Position numbers and translations under genes: made by a program. DNA of 64,000 bases. Source: an uncultured Gemmiger sp. Lineage in GTDB: Bacteria > Bacillota > Clostridia > Oscillospirales > Ruminococcaceae. The stretch's first letter is position 1. Each line of letters begins with the position of its first letter. Below the pieces are notes generated by a model, which was given only the letters and a program-made list of their open reading frames with translations, was not told the DNA's origin and made no database searches. The stretch is from the NCBI GenBank assembly GCA_963557315.1, contig CAUWAX010000014.1, positions 12,648 through 76,647 of the forward strand. The letters run 5' to 3'. Of the stretch, positions 17,411 through 28,888 are shown piece after piece.

Positions 17411-17824
17411 AAAAAAGTAGGAAGAAAAACTCTAAATAAAATAAAAAGAATATTACCGGGAATATAACCCAGCTCTGGTCAGGGCCCGCCTGCGACGGCG
17501 GGCAGGGTTTCAAATCGGGAGCCCGGGTGAGCTCTTTTGGTCGGCACGGGCAGTTTGGGTCGTAGAGCCGGACATCGCTGTGAAGAGCGGGAACCGTCTC
17601 GGGCGACCTCCTCGAAGCCCCGGGGGTTCTTAGGGGGCCCGCAGGCCCCATGAGCCGTGCCCCGCGCGTCGGAAGTAGCGGCGCGTTTTTCAGCCGCTTT
17701 TTGCGCGCTCAAAAAGCGGCACCGTCTGGAAGCGCATCGGTTCTGTGTTGCCCTCCGCAGTTTCTCAACTGCACTTTCCCCATTAGAAAAAAGCTACATC
17801 CCCAGGCAGCGCGAACCTCCCGGT

Positions 17825-18079
17825 TCACCCCCGGGTCAGCTTCCGCTTTTCATTGACCCATCGCCCTTTTTCCGGCACAGGGTCAAACCCGAACTTGCAC
17901 AGGGGGTTGCAGCGCAGCAGCCGCCAGACCGTCAGGATCAATCCTTTGACCAGTCCATGGACGGCCAAAGCCTGCATGGCGTATTCGCTGCAGGTGGGCA
18001 CAAACCGGCAATGATGCCCCAGATGGGGACTGATGAACCGCTTGTACCCTTGCAGCAGCGCGATGAGCAGCCGGGTCAT
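17825..18079 (-). CDS. yidD: Membrane protein insertion efficiency factor YidD
   Basis: 84 aa with [23 protein letters not shown], the hallmark of YidD. Overlaps the rnpA stop. Confidence 0.9.
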   Translation of the reverse strand: MTRLLIALLQGYKRFISPHLGHHCRFVPTCSEYAMQALAVHGLVKGLILTVWRLLRCNPLCKFGFDPVPEKGRWVNEKRKLTRG

Positions 18080-18456
18080 TGTGCCGGTTCCGGGTTGTTT
18101 GGCGCCGGCGCGGCGGGTTTGGCCAGATCGGGCAGGCCCGCCTTGGCGAAGAGTTTGCCCAGCGTTTTGCTGAGCTGGGTGCTCTTCAGGTGGGGGGTCT
18201 GACCGCGCGCTACGAGTATTATATCATATCCGCCGATATTTTGCGAGAGGTGTTCGCTCAAAGCGGCGCGCATGACTCTGCGGGCGCGGTTGCGCTGCAC
18301 GGCATGGCCCACTTTTTTGGTAGCAGTCAGCCCAATGCGGGTGTAGCCGACACGATTTTTGGCCACATACAGCACCACATGGGGGTGTACGTAGCTTTTG
18401 CCCCGGCCATAGACCCGGTTGTATTGCCAGTTTTTGTTTAAAACACGATAACGCAT
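18076..18456 (-). CDS. rnpA: Ribonuclease P protein component
   Basis: 126 aa. Basic RNR-like motif ([14 protein letters not shown]). Lies directly downstream of rpmH. Confidence 0.9.
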   Translation of the reverse strand: MRYRVLNKNWQYNRVYGRGKSYVHPHVVLYVAKNRVGYTRIGLTATKKVGHAVQRNRARRVMRAALSEHLSQNIGGYDIILVARGQTPHLKSTQLSKTLGKLFAKAGLPDLAKPAAPAPNNPEPAQ

Positions 18457-18591
18457 GGGCGAAACTCCACTACAATGTACAAACGGGAACCCAGCCGTGC
18501 GCGGCTGTTGCCCCCCTTTGAAAACGCTAGTTTAGAAAAAAGGGCTGCTGACCGTTTGTCAGCAACCCTTTACTTCATTCATTTCCAAAGA

Positions 18592-18726
18592 TCAGACCGT
18601 CAGGCTCTTGCGGCCCTTGGCACGGCGGCGAGCCAGCACTTTGCGGCCATTCTTGGTGCTCATGCGCTGCAGGAAACCATGCACGCGGCTGCGCTGACGC
18701 TTCTTGGGCTGGAAAGTACGCTTCAT
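18592..18726 (-). CDS. rpmH: 50S ribosomal protein L34
   Basis: Below the ORF-track size cutoff, so translated by hand: [50 protein letters not shown] lies 8 nt upstream. Confidence 0.92.
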   Translation of the reverse strand: MKRTFQPKKRQRSRVHGFLQRMSTKNGRKVLARRRAKGRKSLTV

Positions 18727-18967
18727 TTTTCATTCCTCCTGTTGAATTCCCGGTATGGGCGGTTAGTTTCAGGGCTTTGCCCATACAGGGGCAGCCTTGC
18801 AGTCTTAGATTATACGCGATAGCGGCGGCATTTGTCAATAGGTTTTTCCATAAATTTTTCGCCCGAGCGTACAGTTGTGGCCCCCAAAATCCATACCCAC
18901 CATATTTAGTGGGTGGCGGGGCAGTACCGGGGGGCTAAAAATATTCCTACTTTATTATAATAGGGTG

Positions 18968-18996
18968 TTGTTTTGGGCCTTGTTTTGTGGTATACT
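18968..18996 (+). promoter_or_regulatory. Putative dnaA promoter
   Basis: TTGTTT-17 nt-TATACT with a TGn extended -10, about 70 nt upstream of the dnaA ATG. Confidence 0.5.
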
Positions 18997-19065
18997 GTAT
19001 GTAGTGTTTTTGCGCCCTCCTGGAAGGGCGCGATTTTTAACAGGAAGTGGGGAGTATCGTAAGTC

Positions 19066-20376
19066 ATGGATTCCATCAACGACGTATTGGACGCGGCGAA
19101 GGCCTATTGCCGTGAACATACTGCCGAGGCAACTTATCAATACTACATCAGCGACATTAAAGCCGTCAGCTTTGAAAATTCCAACACCATCACGCTGGAG
19201 ATCCGCAACGCCTTCATTCTGGGGATCGTTTCGGACCGGTACACGGCGATGTTGAAGGATGCCTTCAAGTCTGTTTTGGGGTTTGATGTCGATCTTGTCT
19301 TCGTAACTCCGAAAAAAGAGGAAGAACCGGAAAAGCCCAAGCTGGACGAAAAAACGCTGCCCAGCGGCCGGTATGATTTCACCTTTGAGAATTTCATCAA
19401 AGGACCGTCCAACCAGTTTGCCTACGCGGCAGCGCAGGCGGTGGCGGCGAATCCGTCGGGGGCGTACAATCCGCTGTTCATCTATGGACCGTCGGGACTG
19501 GGCAAGACCCATCTGCTCAACGCCATCCAGATCGAGATCAAAAAGAACCACCCGGATTTCAACATCGTCTACGTGGACTGTGAGATGTTCACCAACGAGA
19601 TCATCACGGCGGTGAAGACGGCGACCACCGAACAGTTCCGGCAGAAGTACCGTCAAGCGGACGTGCTGCTGATCGACGACATCCAGTTCCTTGCGGGCAA
19701 AGAGAGCACGCAGGAGGAATTTTTCCACACCTTCAACACGCTGCACAACGACGGGCGGCAGATCGTCATTGCGTCGGACCGTCCGGCCAAGGAGATCAAG
19801 AGTCTGGAAGAGCGGCTGCGCACCCGGTTTGAGTGGGGTCTGACGGCGGACATTCAGCCGCCGGATTTCGAGACCCGGGTAGCCATCGTGAAGCGGAAAG
19901 CCGAGCTGCTGAATCTGGACTTGCCGGATGACGTGGCGGAATACATCGCCAATCACCTGAAGCAGAACATCCGGCAGTTGGAAGGCGCGGTGAAGAAGCT
20001 GAACGCTTATTATATGTTGGAGGGCATTGCCCCCTGCATCGGCGTGACGACCACCGCCATCAAGGATACCTTGAACGACAGCCAGCCCATCCCGGTCACG
20101 ATCGAGAAGATCCTCAACGAGGTAGCCCGCACCTACAATGTGATGCCGGCGGATATCCGGGGCAAGAAGCGCAACGCCAACGTGAGCGCCGCCCGGCAGA
20201 TGACCATGTATATCATCCGGGAAGTGACCGGCATGAGCATGGAAGCCATCGGGCAGGAGTTCCAGCGGGATCATTCCACGGTGGTGTATTCCATCAAGAC
20301 GATGGCCGAAAACATCACCAAGGACCAACACCTCAAAGAGATGTGCAGCGACATCATGAAGAACGTCCGCACTTAA
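19066..20376 (+). CDS. dnaA: Chromosomal replication initiator protein DnaA
   Basis: 436 aa with the AAA+ Walker A GPSGLGKTHLL and a domain IV DNA-binding helix (HSTVVYSIK). Followed by dnaN. Confidence 0.97.
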   Translation: MDSINDVLDAAKAYCREHTAEATYQYYISDIKAVSFENSNTITLEIRNAFILGIVSDRYTAMLKDAFKSVLGFDVDLVFVTPKKEEEPEKPKLDEKTLPSGRYDFTFENFIKGPSNQFAYAAAQAVAANPSGAYNPLFIYGPSGLGKTHLLNAIQIEIKKNHPDFNIVYVDCEMFTNEIITAVKTATTEQFRQKYRQADVLLIDDIQFLAGKESTQEEFFHTFNTLHNDGRQIVIASDRPAKEIKSLEERLRTRFEWGLTADIQPPDFETRVAIVKRKAELLNLDLPDDVAEYIANHLKQNIRQLEGAVKKLNAYYMLEGIAPCIGVTTTAIKDTLNDSQPIPVTIEKILNEVARTYNVMPADIRGKKRNANVSAARQMTMYIIREVTGMSMEAIGQEFQRDHSTVVYSIKTMAENITKDQHLKEMCSDIMKNVRT

Positions 20377-20377
20377 T

Positions 20378-20413
20378 GTTCTTTCTTTACAAAAAAAGAA
20401 CCAAAGAAATTCC
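20378..20413 (+). repeat. IHR copy 10, variant stem
   Basis: GTTCTTTCTTTACAAAAAAAGAAC-CAAAGAAATTCC begins 2 nt after the dnaA stop. Confidence 0.8.
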
Positions 20414-20417
20414 AATC

Positions 20418-20441
20418 AAAATCGAACGATGTTCGATTTTT
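20418..20441 (+). terminator. Weak intrinsic terminator after dnaA
   Basis: ATCGAAC-GAT-GTTCGAT followed by TTTT; the stem is only 7 bp. Confidence 0.45.
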
Positions 20442-20485
20442 GGTTCAAAAAAGAAGGGTCATCCCTTCTCTGGAATGGTTATTTG

Positions 20486-20520
20486 AAAGTTCTTTGCCTA
20501 CTTTCTTTCAAGAAAGTAGG
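20486..20520 (-). repeat. IHR copy 11, stem type B
   Basis: AAAGTTCTTTG-CCTACTTTCTT-TCA-AGAAAGTAGG. Confidence 0.8.
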
Positions 20521-20687
20521 TTATCAACAAAGTTTTCCCTTTTCAACAGGCAGTTTTCAAGAGGCGCGGTGCAAAACCCAAGTTTTCCCTGTTTTCCACC
20601 GTTTTCTACACAGTCGGTGGAGAAAAACTCAACGGTAATTTTCCGCGCCGCTATCTGGTCTGGTGGAGTTTTCCACGGTTTTCACAC
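20521..20687 (+). promoter_or_regulatory. oriC DnaA-box array (dnaA-dnaN spacer)
   Basis: Six co-oriented boxes: TTATCAACA 20521, TTTTCAACA 20540, TTTTCCACC 20592, TTTTCTACA 20602, TTTTCCACG 20669, TTTTCACAC 20679. Weaker TTTTCC-type sites are also present. Confidence 0.75.
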
Positions 20688-20730
20688 CCCCTACTACTAC
20701 TACGAGAATAGTTAATAGTTTCTGCGTCCA
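20688..20730. other. Candidate oriC unwinding module: GC cluster, DnaA-trio-like (TAG)4 on the bottom strand, AT-rich tract
   Basis: The top strand reads CCCCC-TACTACTACTAC-GAGAATAGTTAATAGTTTCTG immediately after the last DnaA box. On the bottom strand this is four TAG trinucleotides abutting GGGGG. Confidence 0.6.
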
Positions 20731-20864
20731 AAACGACGAAAACATTCTGCCAAACCCGGCAAAATGGCGCATCCGGTGTGGAAAACAAAAAGGGACCTAT
20801 TTTACCACTCAACTACCCAGACGTCGGGCCTATCTGCAAGACAAAGACCGAGAAAGGACCTGCC

Positions 20865-21974
20865 ATGAAATTTGAATGCGAAAAATCTCTGTTGGCGTCC
20901 GCCATTGAAGGCGTTTCCCGCGCCATCACCAACCGCTCCGCCATTCCGGTGCTGGAAGGCATCTACCTGAAAGCCGAGGGCTTCAACCTGACGCTGACCG
21001 GCTACGATATGGAGATGGGCATCACCACCACCATCGAATGCAACGTACTGGTTCCCGGCGAAACGGTGCTGGAAGCCAAGCTGCTGCTCTCGATGGTCAG
21101 CCGGATGCCTGCGGGGGATGTGCGCATCGAACTGACCGACGAAGGTCAGGCCATCATCAGCGGCGGCGTGGCGGAATTTGAAATTCCTGCCCTGAACGCC
21201 TCCGACTATCCCAGCCTGCCGGTGACCGGGGCGGACAATACCATGACCATCCCCACCAGCATGATGCGGGAACTCATCGAGAAAACCATCTACGCTGTCA
21301 GCCAGGACGACAAGAAACCCGCCCACACCGGCGAACTCTTTGTCATCGAACCGGGCAGCCTGACCATTGTGGCACTGGACGGCTACCGGCTGGCCATCAT
21401 CCAGCGGGACGTGGAATGCACCCGCGACATCCGCATCATCATTCCCGCCAAGACCTTGCAGGAACTGCTCAAGATCATGGGCGGACCGGATGACCCGGTA
21501 AAGATCGACGCCAACCGCCGGTATGTGGTGTTCACCACCAACGGCTACACCATCATGAGCCGCCTGATCGAAGGCGACTTCCTCAGCTACGAGAGCGTCA
21601 TCCCCAAGGACAAGCGCACCCGGGTGACGGTGGACTGCAAGACCTTCATCAACACCATCGAGCGCGCCTCCCTCATCATCACCGAGCGGCTGAAAAATCC
21701 GCTGCGCATCTCCTTTGCCGAAGACAAGATCACCGTGCGGTGCCAGACGCCGCTGGGCAAGGTGGTGGACGAGTTCCCGCCGGTAGAGATGACCGGCGAC
21801 CCGGTGGAGATCGGCTTCAATAACCGGTATCTGCTGGACGCGCTGCGGTATTCCAAGTGCGAGCGGATGGTGCTGGAGATCAACGGCCCCTTAAGCCCCG
21901 TGAAGATCCTGCCCGAGGACGGCAAGGACTTCATCTATCTGGTGCTGCCGGTGCGGTTCAAGAACGAGGGCTGA
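20865..21974 (+). CDS. dnaN: DNA polymerase III beta sliding clamp
   Basis: 369 aa from ATG 20865 ([21 protein letters not shown]). Length fits the three-domain clamp. Position is dnaA-dnaN-recF. Confidence 0.95.
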   Translation: MKFECEKSLLASAIEGVSRAITNRSAIPVLEGIYLKAEGFNLTLTGYDMEMGITTTIECNVLVPGETVLEAKLLLSMVSRMPAGDVRIELTDEGQAIISGGVAEFEIPALNASDYPSLPVTGADNTMTIPTSMMRELIEKTIYAVSQDDKKPAHTGELFVIEPGSLTIVALDGYRLAIIQRDVECTRDIRIIIPAKTLQELLKIMGGPDDPVKIDANRRYVVFTTNGYTIMSRLIEGDFLSYESVIPKDKRTRVTVDCKTFINTIERASLIITERLKNPLRISFAEDKITVRCQTPLGKVVDEFPPVEMTGDPVEIGFNNRYLLDALRYSKCERMVLEINGPLSPVKILPEDGKDFIYLVLPVRFKNEG

Positions 21975-21978
21975 TCCT

Positions 21979-22194
21979 ATGGAAAAACTGCGGATTCATA
22001 CCGAGTATATCAAGCTGGACGCGCTGCTGAAATTTGCCGGTCTGTGTGAAACGGGCGGCGAAGCCAAGGAACTGATCCAAGGCGGCGCGGTCAAGGTCAA
22101 CGGCGAGGTGTGTACCATGCGGGGCAAGAAATGCCGCGCCGGGGACACCGTAGAGCTGGACGGCCAGACGGTACAGATCGCGGAGGGCGGCTGA
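21979..22194 (+). CDS. yaaA: S4-domain RNA-binding protein YaaA
   Basis: 71 aa. [33 protein letters not shown] matches the small S4 protein found between dnaN and recF in Firmicutes. Confidence 0.8.
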   Translation: MEKLRIHTEYIKLDALLKFAGLCETGGEAKELIQGGAVKVNGEVCTMRGKKCRAGDTVELDGQTVQIAEGG

Positions 22195-23297
22195 TGCGCC
22201 TGACCCATCTGGAGCTGACCGACCACCGCAACCTGGCCCATGCTGTGCTGGACCCCGACCCCCACCTGACGGTGCTGTGCGGGCCTAACGGACAGGGCAA
22301 GACCAATTTGCTGGAAGCGGTGTGGCTGCTCACCGGGGGCAAGAGCTTCCGGGGTGCCAAGGACGCCGAACTGATCCGCCGCGGGTGCGAGTTTTCGGTG
22401 ATCGAAGGCGCGCTGGAAAGCGACGGCACCGAAAAGACCATCCGTCTGACGGTGGGGGCCAAGGGCAGTCAACGCCCCGGCCGCACCGCCAAGCTCAACG
22501 GGGTGGACCAAGGCCGAGCCGCGGCATTGGCGGGCAACTTTCAGGCCGTGGTGTTCGAGCCGGACCTTCTCTCGCTGGTCAAGGGCGGGCCGGAAGGCCG
22601 GCGCCGGTTTTTGGACGCGGCGCTGTGTCAGGTATTCCGGCCCTATCTGGTGGCGCTGCGCCGGTATATGCGGCTGGTGGCCCAGAAAAACGCCCTGCTG
22701 AAAAGTTATGACATCACCCCCAACGGGGCGCTGCTGCTGGACGCTTACAACGAACAGTTGGCCCAGTACGGCGGGCAGATCATGGCCCACCGGCAGCGTT
22801 TTGTGGAGGCATTGGCCCCGGTAGCGGCCCAAAACTATGCGGAAATTTCGCATGGTGCCGAGGTTTTTTCGCTGCGGTACCAATGCTGTGCCGCCCAGCC
22901 CACCGCCGAAGCGCTGGCCGAAAAGCTGGCGTCGGTGCGGGGCAGTGAACTGCGGATGGGCTTTTGCATGGTCGGTCCCCACCGGGAAGATCTGGACTTG
23001 CAGTTGGACGGCCAGCCCGCCAGGATCTATGGCAGCCAAGGCCAGCAGCGGAGCTGTGTGTTGGCCATGAAATTGGCGGAAGCCACGGTGGTAGGCGACT
23101 TTTTCGGGGAACACCCGGTGCTGTTGCTGGACGACGTGCTCAGCGAATTGGACGACGAGCGGCAGACCTACCTGCTGACCCGGATGGGCGAGCACCAGAC
23201 CATCGTGACGACCTGTGACACCGCCGCCTTTGCCCGGACCAACGGCAAGATCATCTATGTGAAGGCGGGACAGGCGTCGGAAAGTCCCATCGATTAG
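22194..23297 (+). CDS. recF: DNA replication and repair protein RecF
   Basis: 367 aa from ATG 22194 (overlaps the yaaA stop as TGATG). Walker A GPNGQGKTNLLEA, signature GSQGQQRS, Walker B LLLDDVLSELD. Confidence 0.93.
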   Translation: MRLTHLELTDHRNLAHAVLDPDPHLTVLCGPNGQGKTNLLEAVWLLTGGKSFRGAKDAELIRRGCEFSVIEGALESDGTEKTIRLTVGAKGSQRPGRTAKLNGVDQGRAAALAGNFQAVVFEPDLLSLVKGGPEGRRRFLDAALCQVFRPYLVALRRYMRLVAQKNALLKSYDITPNGALLLDAYNEQLAQYGGQIMAHRQRFVEALAPVAAQNYAEISHGAEVFSLRYQCCAAQPTAEALAEKLASVRGSELRMGFCMVGPHREDLDLQLDGQPARIYGSQGQQRSCVLAMKLAEATVVGDFFGEHPVLLLDDVLSELDDERQTYLLTRMGEHQTIVTTCDTAAFARTNGKIIYVKAGQASESPID

Positions 23298-23331
23298 AGT
23301 TTCTTTGCTTCTTTCTTTGCAAAGAAAGAAG
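23297..23331 (-). repeat. IHR copy 12, variant stem
   Basis: GAGTTTCTTTG-CTTCTTTCTTTGCAAAGAAAGAAG starts within the recF stop codon. Its right arm runs into the remB Shine-Dalgarno sequence (GAAGGAG). Confidence 0.8.
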
Positions 23332-23341
23332 GAGACGAACC

Positions 23342-23602
23342 ATGTACTTTCATGCCGGACAAGACTTTGTGCTGAACACCCGGGACTTGCTGGGTGTCTT
23401 TGACTTGGACACGGCGGGGGCATCCCGCCGCACCGAGGAATACTTTCATAAAGCCGAAGCGGAGGGCGCCGTGGTGGACCTGTGTCCCCCCGGCACCCTG
23501 CCCAAGAGCTTTTTGCTCACCGATTTCCCCGACGAAACGGTGTATCTAAGCCCCCTCTCCCCCGCGGCGCTGAAAAAGCGCACCGAAAAGGTGGAGTGGT
23601 GA
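23342..23602 (+). CDS. remB: DUF370 / RemB-like protein
   Basis: 86 aa. MYFHAGQDFVLNTRDLLGVFD...VYLSPLSPAALKKR resembles B. subtilis YaaB/RemB. Sits at the conserved recF-gyrB position. Confidence 0.75.
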   Translation: MYFHAGQDFVLNTRDLLGVFDLDTAGASRRTEEYFHKAEAEGAVVDLCPPGTLPKSFLLTDFPDETVYLSPLSPAALKKRTEKVEW

Positions 23603-25948
<2,346 letters not shown>

Positions 25949-25956
25949 CGGTTTTT

Positions 25957-25992
25957 GTTCCTTCTTTGCAAAGAAGGAACCGAAGAAACTCC
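25957..25992 (+). repeat. IHR copy 13, type A
   Basis: GTTCCTTCTTTGCAAAGAAGGAAC-CGAAGAAACTCC in the 70-nt gyrB-gyrA spacer. Confidence 0.9.
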
Positions 25993-26018
25993 AAACCAAT
26001 TCCAAGGTGGTACACTGA

Positions 26019-28577
26019 ATGGAAGAAAATATCATTATGGTGCCGGGGTCCGGCACCAAGGTCATTGAGCGCGATGTCAAACAGGAGATCGAAACGGCCT
26101 TCTTGGACTATTCCATGTCGGTCATCGTCTCCCGCGCGCTGCCCGATGTGCGGGACGGCTTGAAACCCGTTCATCGCCGCATCCTGTACACCATGCACGA
26201 GCGCGGCAACGACCCGCAGCATCCCTACCGTAAATCCGCCGATACCGTCGGTGCGGTGTTGGGCTCCTACCATCCCCACGGCGACGCCTCCGTGTATGAC
26301 GCCATGGTGCGTCTGGCACAGGATTTCAGCCTGCGGTATCCGCTGGTAGACGGCCAAGGCAACTTTGGTTCGGTGGACGGCGACCCCCCGGCTGCTTACC
26401 GTTATACCGAGGCCCGCATGTCCAAAATCGCCTGTGAGATGCTCACCGACATCGAGAAGGACACCATCGACTGGGACCCCAACTTCGATGAAACCAAGAA
26501 GGAACCCCACGTGCTGCCCAGCCGGTTCCCCAACCTGCTGGTCAACGGCAGTCAGGGCATTGCCGTCGGTATGGCCACCAACATTCCGCCCCACAACCTG
26601 CGGGAAGTGGTGGCCGGTATGTCGGCCCTGATGGACAACCCCGACATCGATTTGGCGGGCCTGATGGAATACATCAAAGGCCCCGACTTCCCCACCGGCG
26701 GCATCATCATGGGCCGGTCGGGTATTCGGGCGGCCTACGCCACCGGCCGCGGCAAGATCACCCTGCGGGGCCGTGCTGAGATCGTCGAGAAGAAGAACGG
26801 CCGGTATGAGATCCTCATCACCGAGATCCCCTACATGGTCAACAAGACCCGCCTGCTGGAATCCATCGGCGACTTGGTCAAGGAGAAGCGCATCGAGGGC
26901 ATCTCCGACCTGAACGACGAATCCTCCAGCCGTACCGGCATGAAGATCGTCGTCGAGATCAAGAAGGACGCCAACCCTCAGGTGGTGCTGAATCAGCTCT
27001 ACCGCTACACCCAGTTGCAGGACACCGTGGGTGTCATCATGTTGGCGCTGGACGACGGCGTGCCCAAGATCATGAGCCTGAAAACCGTCATGGAACGCTA
27101 CATCGAGTTCCAGATGGAAGTCATCCGCCGCCGCACCGCCTTCGATCTGCGCAAGGCGCAGGAGCGGGAACATATTCTGGAAGGCTTGCGCAAGGCCGTG
27201 GACATCGTGGACGAGATCATCGCCACCATCCGTGCCTGCAAGGGCGGCTTTGCCGAAGCCCGGCAGGCGGTCATGGAGCGGTTCGACTTCGACGAGCCGC
27301 AGGCTGACGCCATCGTCAAGCTGCAGTTGGGCCGTCTGGCCGGTCTGGAAATCCTCAAGATCGAGCAGGAATTGGACGAACTGCGCAAAGCCATTGCCGA
27401 TTACAAGGACATCCTGTCCAACGATGAGCATGTTAAGCGGATCGTCAAGACCGACCTGAACGCTTTGGCGGAGAAGTACGGCGACGAGCGCCGCACCTCC
27501 ATCGAGGCGGTATCCGGCGAGGTGGACATCGAGGACCTGATCCCCGAGGAGACCTGCGTCTTTACCCTGACCCACGAAGGCTACATCAAGCGGACGGCGC
27601 TGGACACCTATCAGGCCCAGAACCGCGGCGGCCGGGGCGTGCAGGGCATGACCCAGAAGGACGACGACTTTACCGAGGAGTTGTTCGTGGGGTCCACCCA
27701 TGACTATATGCTCTTCATGACCGATCAGGGCCGCGTCTACCGGCTGAAAGGTTATCAGGTGCCGGAGGGCAGCCGCACCGCCAAGGGCAGCCATATCGTG
27801 AACCTGCTGCAGTTGCAGGAGGGCGAAAAGGTCACTCTGATGCTTCAGCAGAGCGCCAAGGCTGACGAGGACAACACCTATCTGACGATGGTGACCCGGC
27901 AGGGCCTCATCAAGCGTACGCCGCTGTCCCAGTTCCGCAACATCCGTAAGGCGGGCTTGATCGCGCTGGGCCTGAACGAAGGCGACAGCTTGGTGTGGAG
28001 CCACCTGACCGGCGGCAACGATGAGATCATCGTGGCCACCCATGACGGTGCTGCCATCCACTTTACCGAGTCGGGCGCCCGGTCTATGGGCCGTACCGGC
28101 CACGGCGTGCGGGTCATCCGCCTGCGGGAAGGCGACTATGTGGTGGGGGCAGGCGTCTGCCGTCCCGGCGCCACGGTACTCACCATCACCGAGGATGGCA
28201 AGGGCCGCCGCAGCCGCATCGATGATTACCGCATCACCAAGCGGGGCGGTCTGGGCATCCGCAACTACGCCAAGGGCGGCGTAGCGGGCATCAAGATCGT
28301 GGACGAGACCGACGACCTGATCCTCATCAGCGCCAACGGTATCCTCATCCGCATCCATGCGTCGGACATCAATGTGCAGAGCCGCTACGGCAGCGGTGTG
28401 CGGGTCATGCGCCTGACCGAGGGCGATAAGGTAGCCATGGTGGCCCGGGTAGACCGGGACAACGACGCCGAGACCGCCAAGGTGGAAGTCGAGGCCGGTG
28501 ACGACGCCGAACCCTCCGCCGAGGAACTGGCTGCCATCGAGGCCGCCGAACGCGCCGACGTGCCCGACGACGAGTAA
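26019..28577 (+). CDS. gyrA: DNA gyrase subunit A
   Basis: 852 aa. [12 protein letters not shown], the QRDR-type block [17 protein letters not shown], the active-site region [10 protein letters not shown], and C-terminal beta-pinwheel repeats. Confidence 0.97.
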   Translation: MEENIIMVPGSGTKVIERDVKQEIETAFLDYSMSVIVSRALPDVRDGLKPVHRRILYTMHERGNDPQHPYRKSADTVGAVLGSYHPHGDASVYDAMVRLAQDFSLRYPLVDGQGNFGSVDGDPPAAYRYTEARMSKIACEMLTDIEKDTIDWDPNFDETKKEPHVLPSRFPNLLVNGSQGIAVGMATNIPPHNLREVVAGMSALMDNPDIDLAGLMEYIKGPDFPTGGIIMGRSGIRAAYATGRGKITLRGRAEIVEKKNGRYEILITEIPYMVNKTRLLESIGDLVKEKRIEGISDLNDESSSRTGMKIVVEIKKDANPQVVLNQLYRYTQLQDTVGVIMLALDDGVPKIMSLKTVMERYIEFQMEVIRRRTAFDLRKAQEREHILEGLRKAVDIVDEIIATIRACKGGFAEARQAVMERFDFDEPQADAIVKLQLGRLAGLEILKIEQELDELRKAIADYKDILSNDEHVKRIVKTDLNALAEKYGDERRTSIEAVSGEVDIEDLIPEETCVFTLTHEGYIKRTALDTYQAQNRGGRGVQGMTQKDDDFTEELFVGSTHDYMLFMTDQGRVYRLKGYQVPEGSRTAKGSHIVNLLQLQEGEKVTLMLQQSAKADEDNTYLTMVTRQGLIKRTPLSQFRNIRKAGLIALGLNEGDSLVWSHLTGGNDEIIVATHDGAAIHFTESGARSMGRTGHGVRVIRLREGDYVVGAGVCRPGATVLTITEDGKGRRSRIDDYRITKRGGLGIRNYAKGGVAGIKIVDETDDLILISANGILIRIHASDINVQSRYGSGVRVMRLTEGDKVAMVARVDRDNDAETAKVEVEAGDDAEPSAEELAAIEAAERADVPDDE

Positions 28578-28794
28578 TTGATTTTTTGCTGTTCTTTTCT
28601 TGCTTCGGGCGCAGCGGTGCCAGCTCCCCGGCACCGTTCTGCTCTGCTGCCGGAGCACATCTGCTGTGTCACTCGGGCTTGCCATACATACAGTATGGCT
28701 GCCCCCTCCTTCCTTGCGGCTGTGCCCGGCAGCGAGCATTCCGGTACCGTTGTCTGACCCGCTGCACCCGGAAAAGAACCAAAAGAACTCTCAT

Positions 28795-28835
28795 AAAAAA
28801 TCCCCCGCAGGGTTACTACCCTGCGGGGGATTTTT
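28795..28835. terminator. Bidirectional intrinsic terminator (gyrA / ABC operon)
   Basis: AAAAAATCCCCCGCAGGG-TTACTA-CCCTGCGGGGGATTTTT. Confidence 0.85.
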
Positions 28836-28840
28836 CGTTA

Positions 28841-28875
28841 GAGTTTCTTCGGTTCCTTCTTTGCAAAGAAGGAAC
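28841..28875 (-). repeat. IHR copy 14, type A
   Basis: GAGTTTCTTCG-GTTCCTTCTTTGCAAAGAAGGAAC, between the permease stop (28889) and the terminator. Confidence 0.9.
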
Positions 28876-28888
28876 AACAGACAGACAA

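Noticed and set aside
17440-17824. Known housekeeping ncRNA (SRP RNA, 6S, tmRNA or RNase P RNA) in the yidC-yidD gap
   Set aside because: I looked for the SRP domain IV motif, a tmRNA tRNA-like end or tag ORF, and RNase P conserved regions on both strands. No convincing match was found. A covariance-model scan is still needed.
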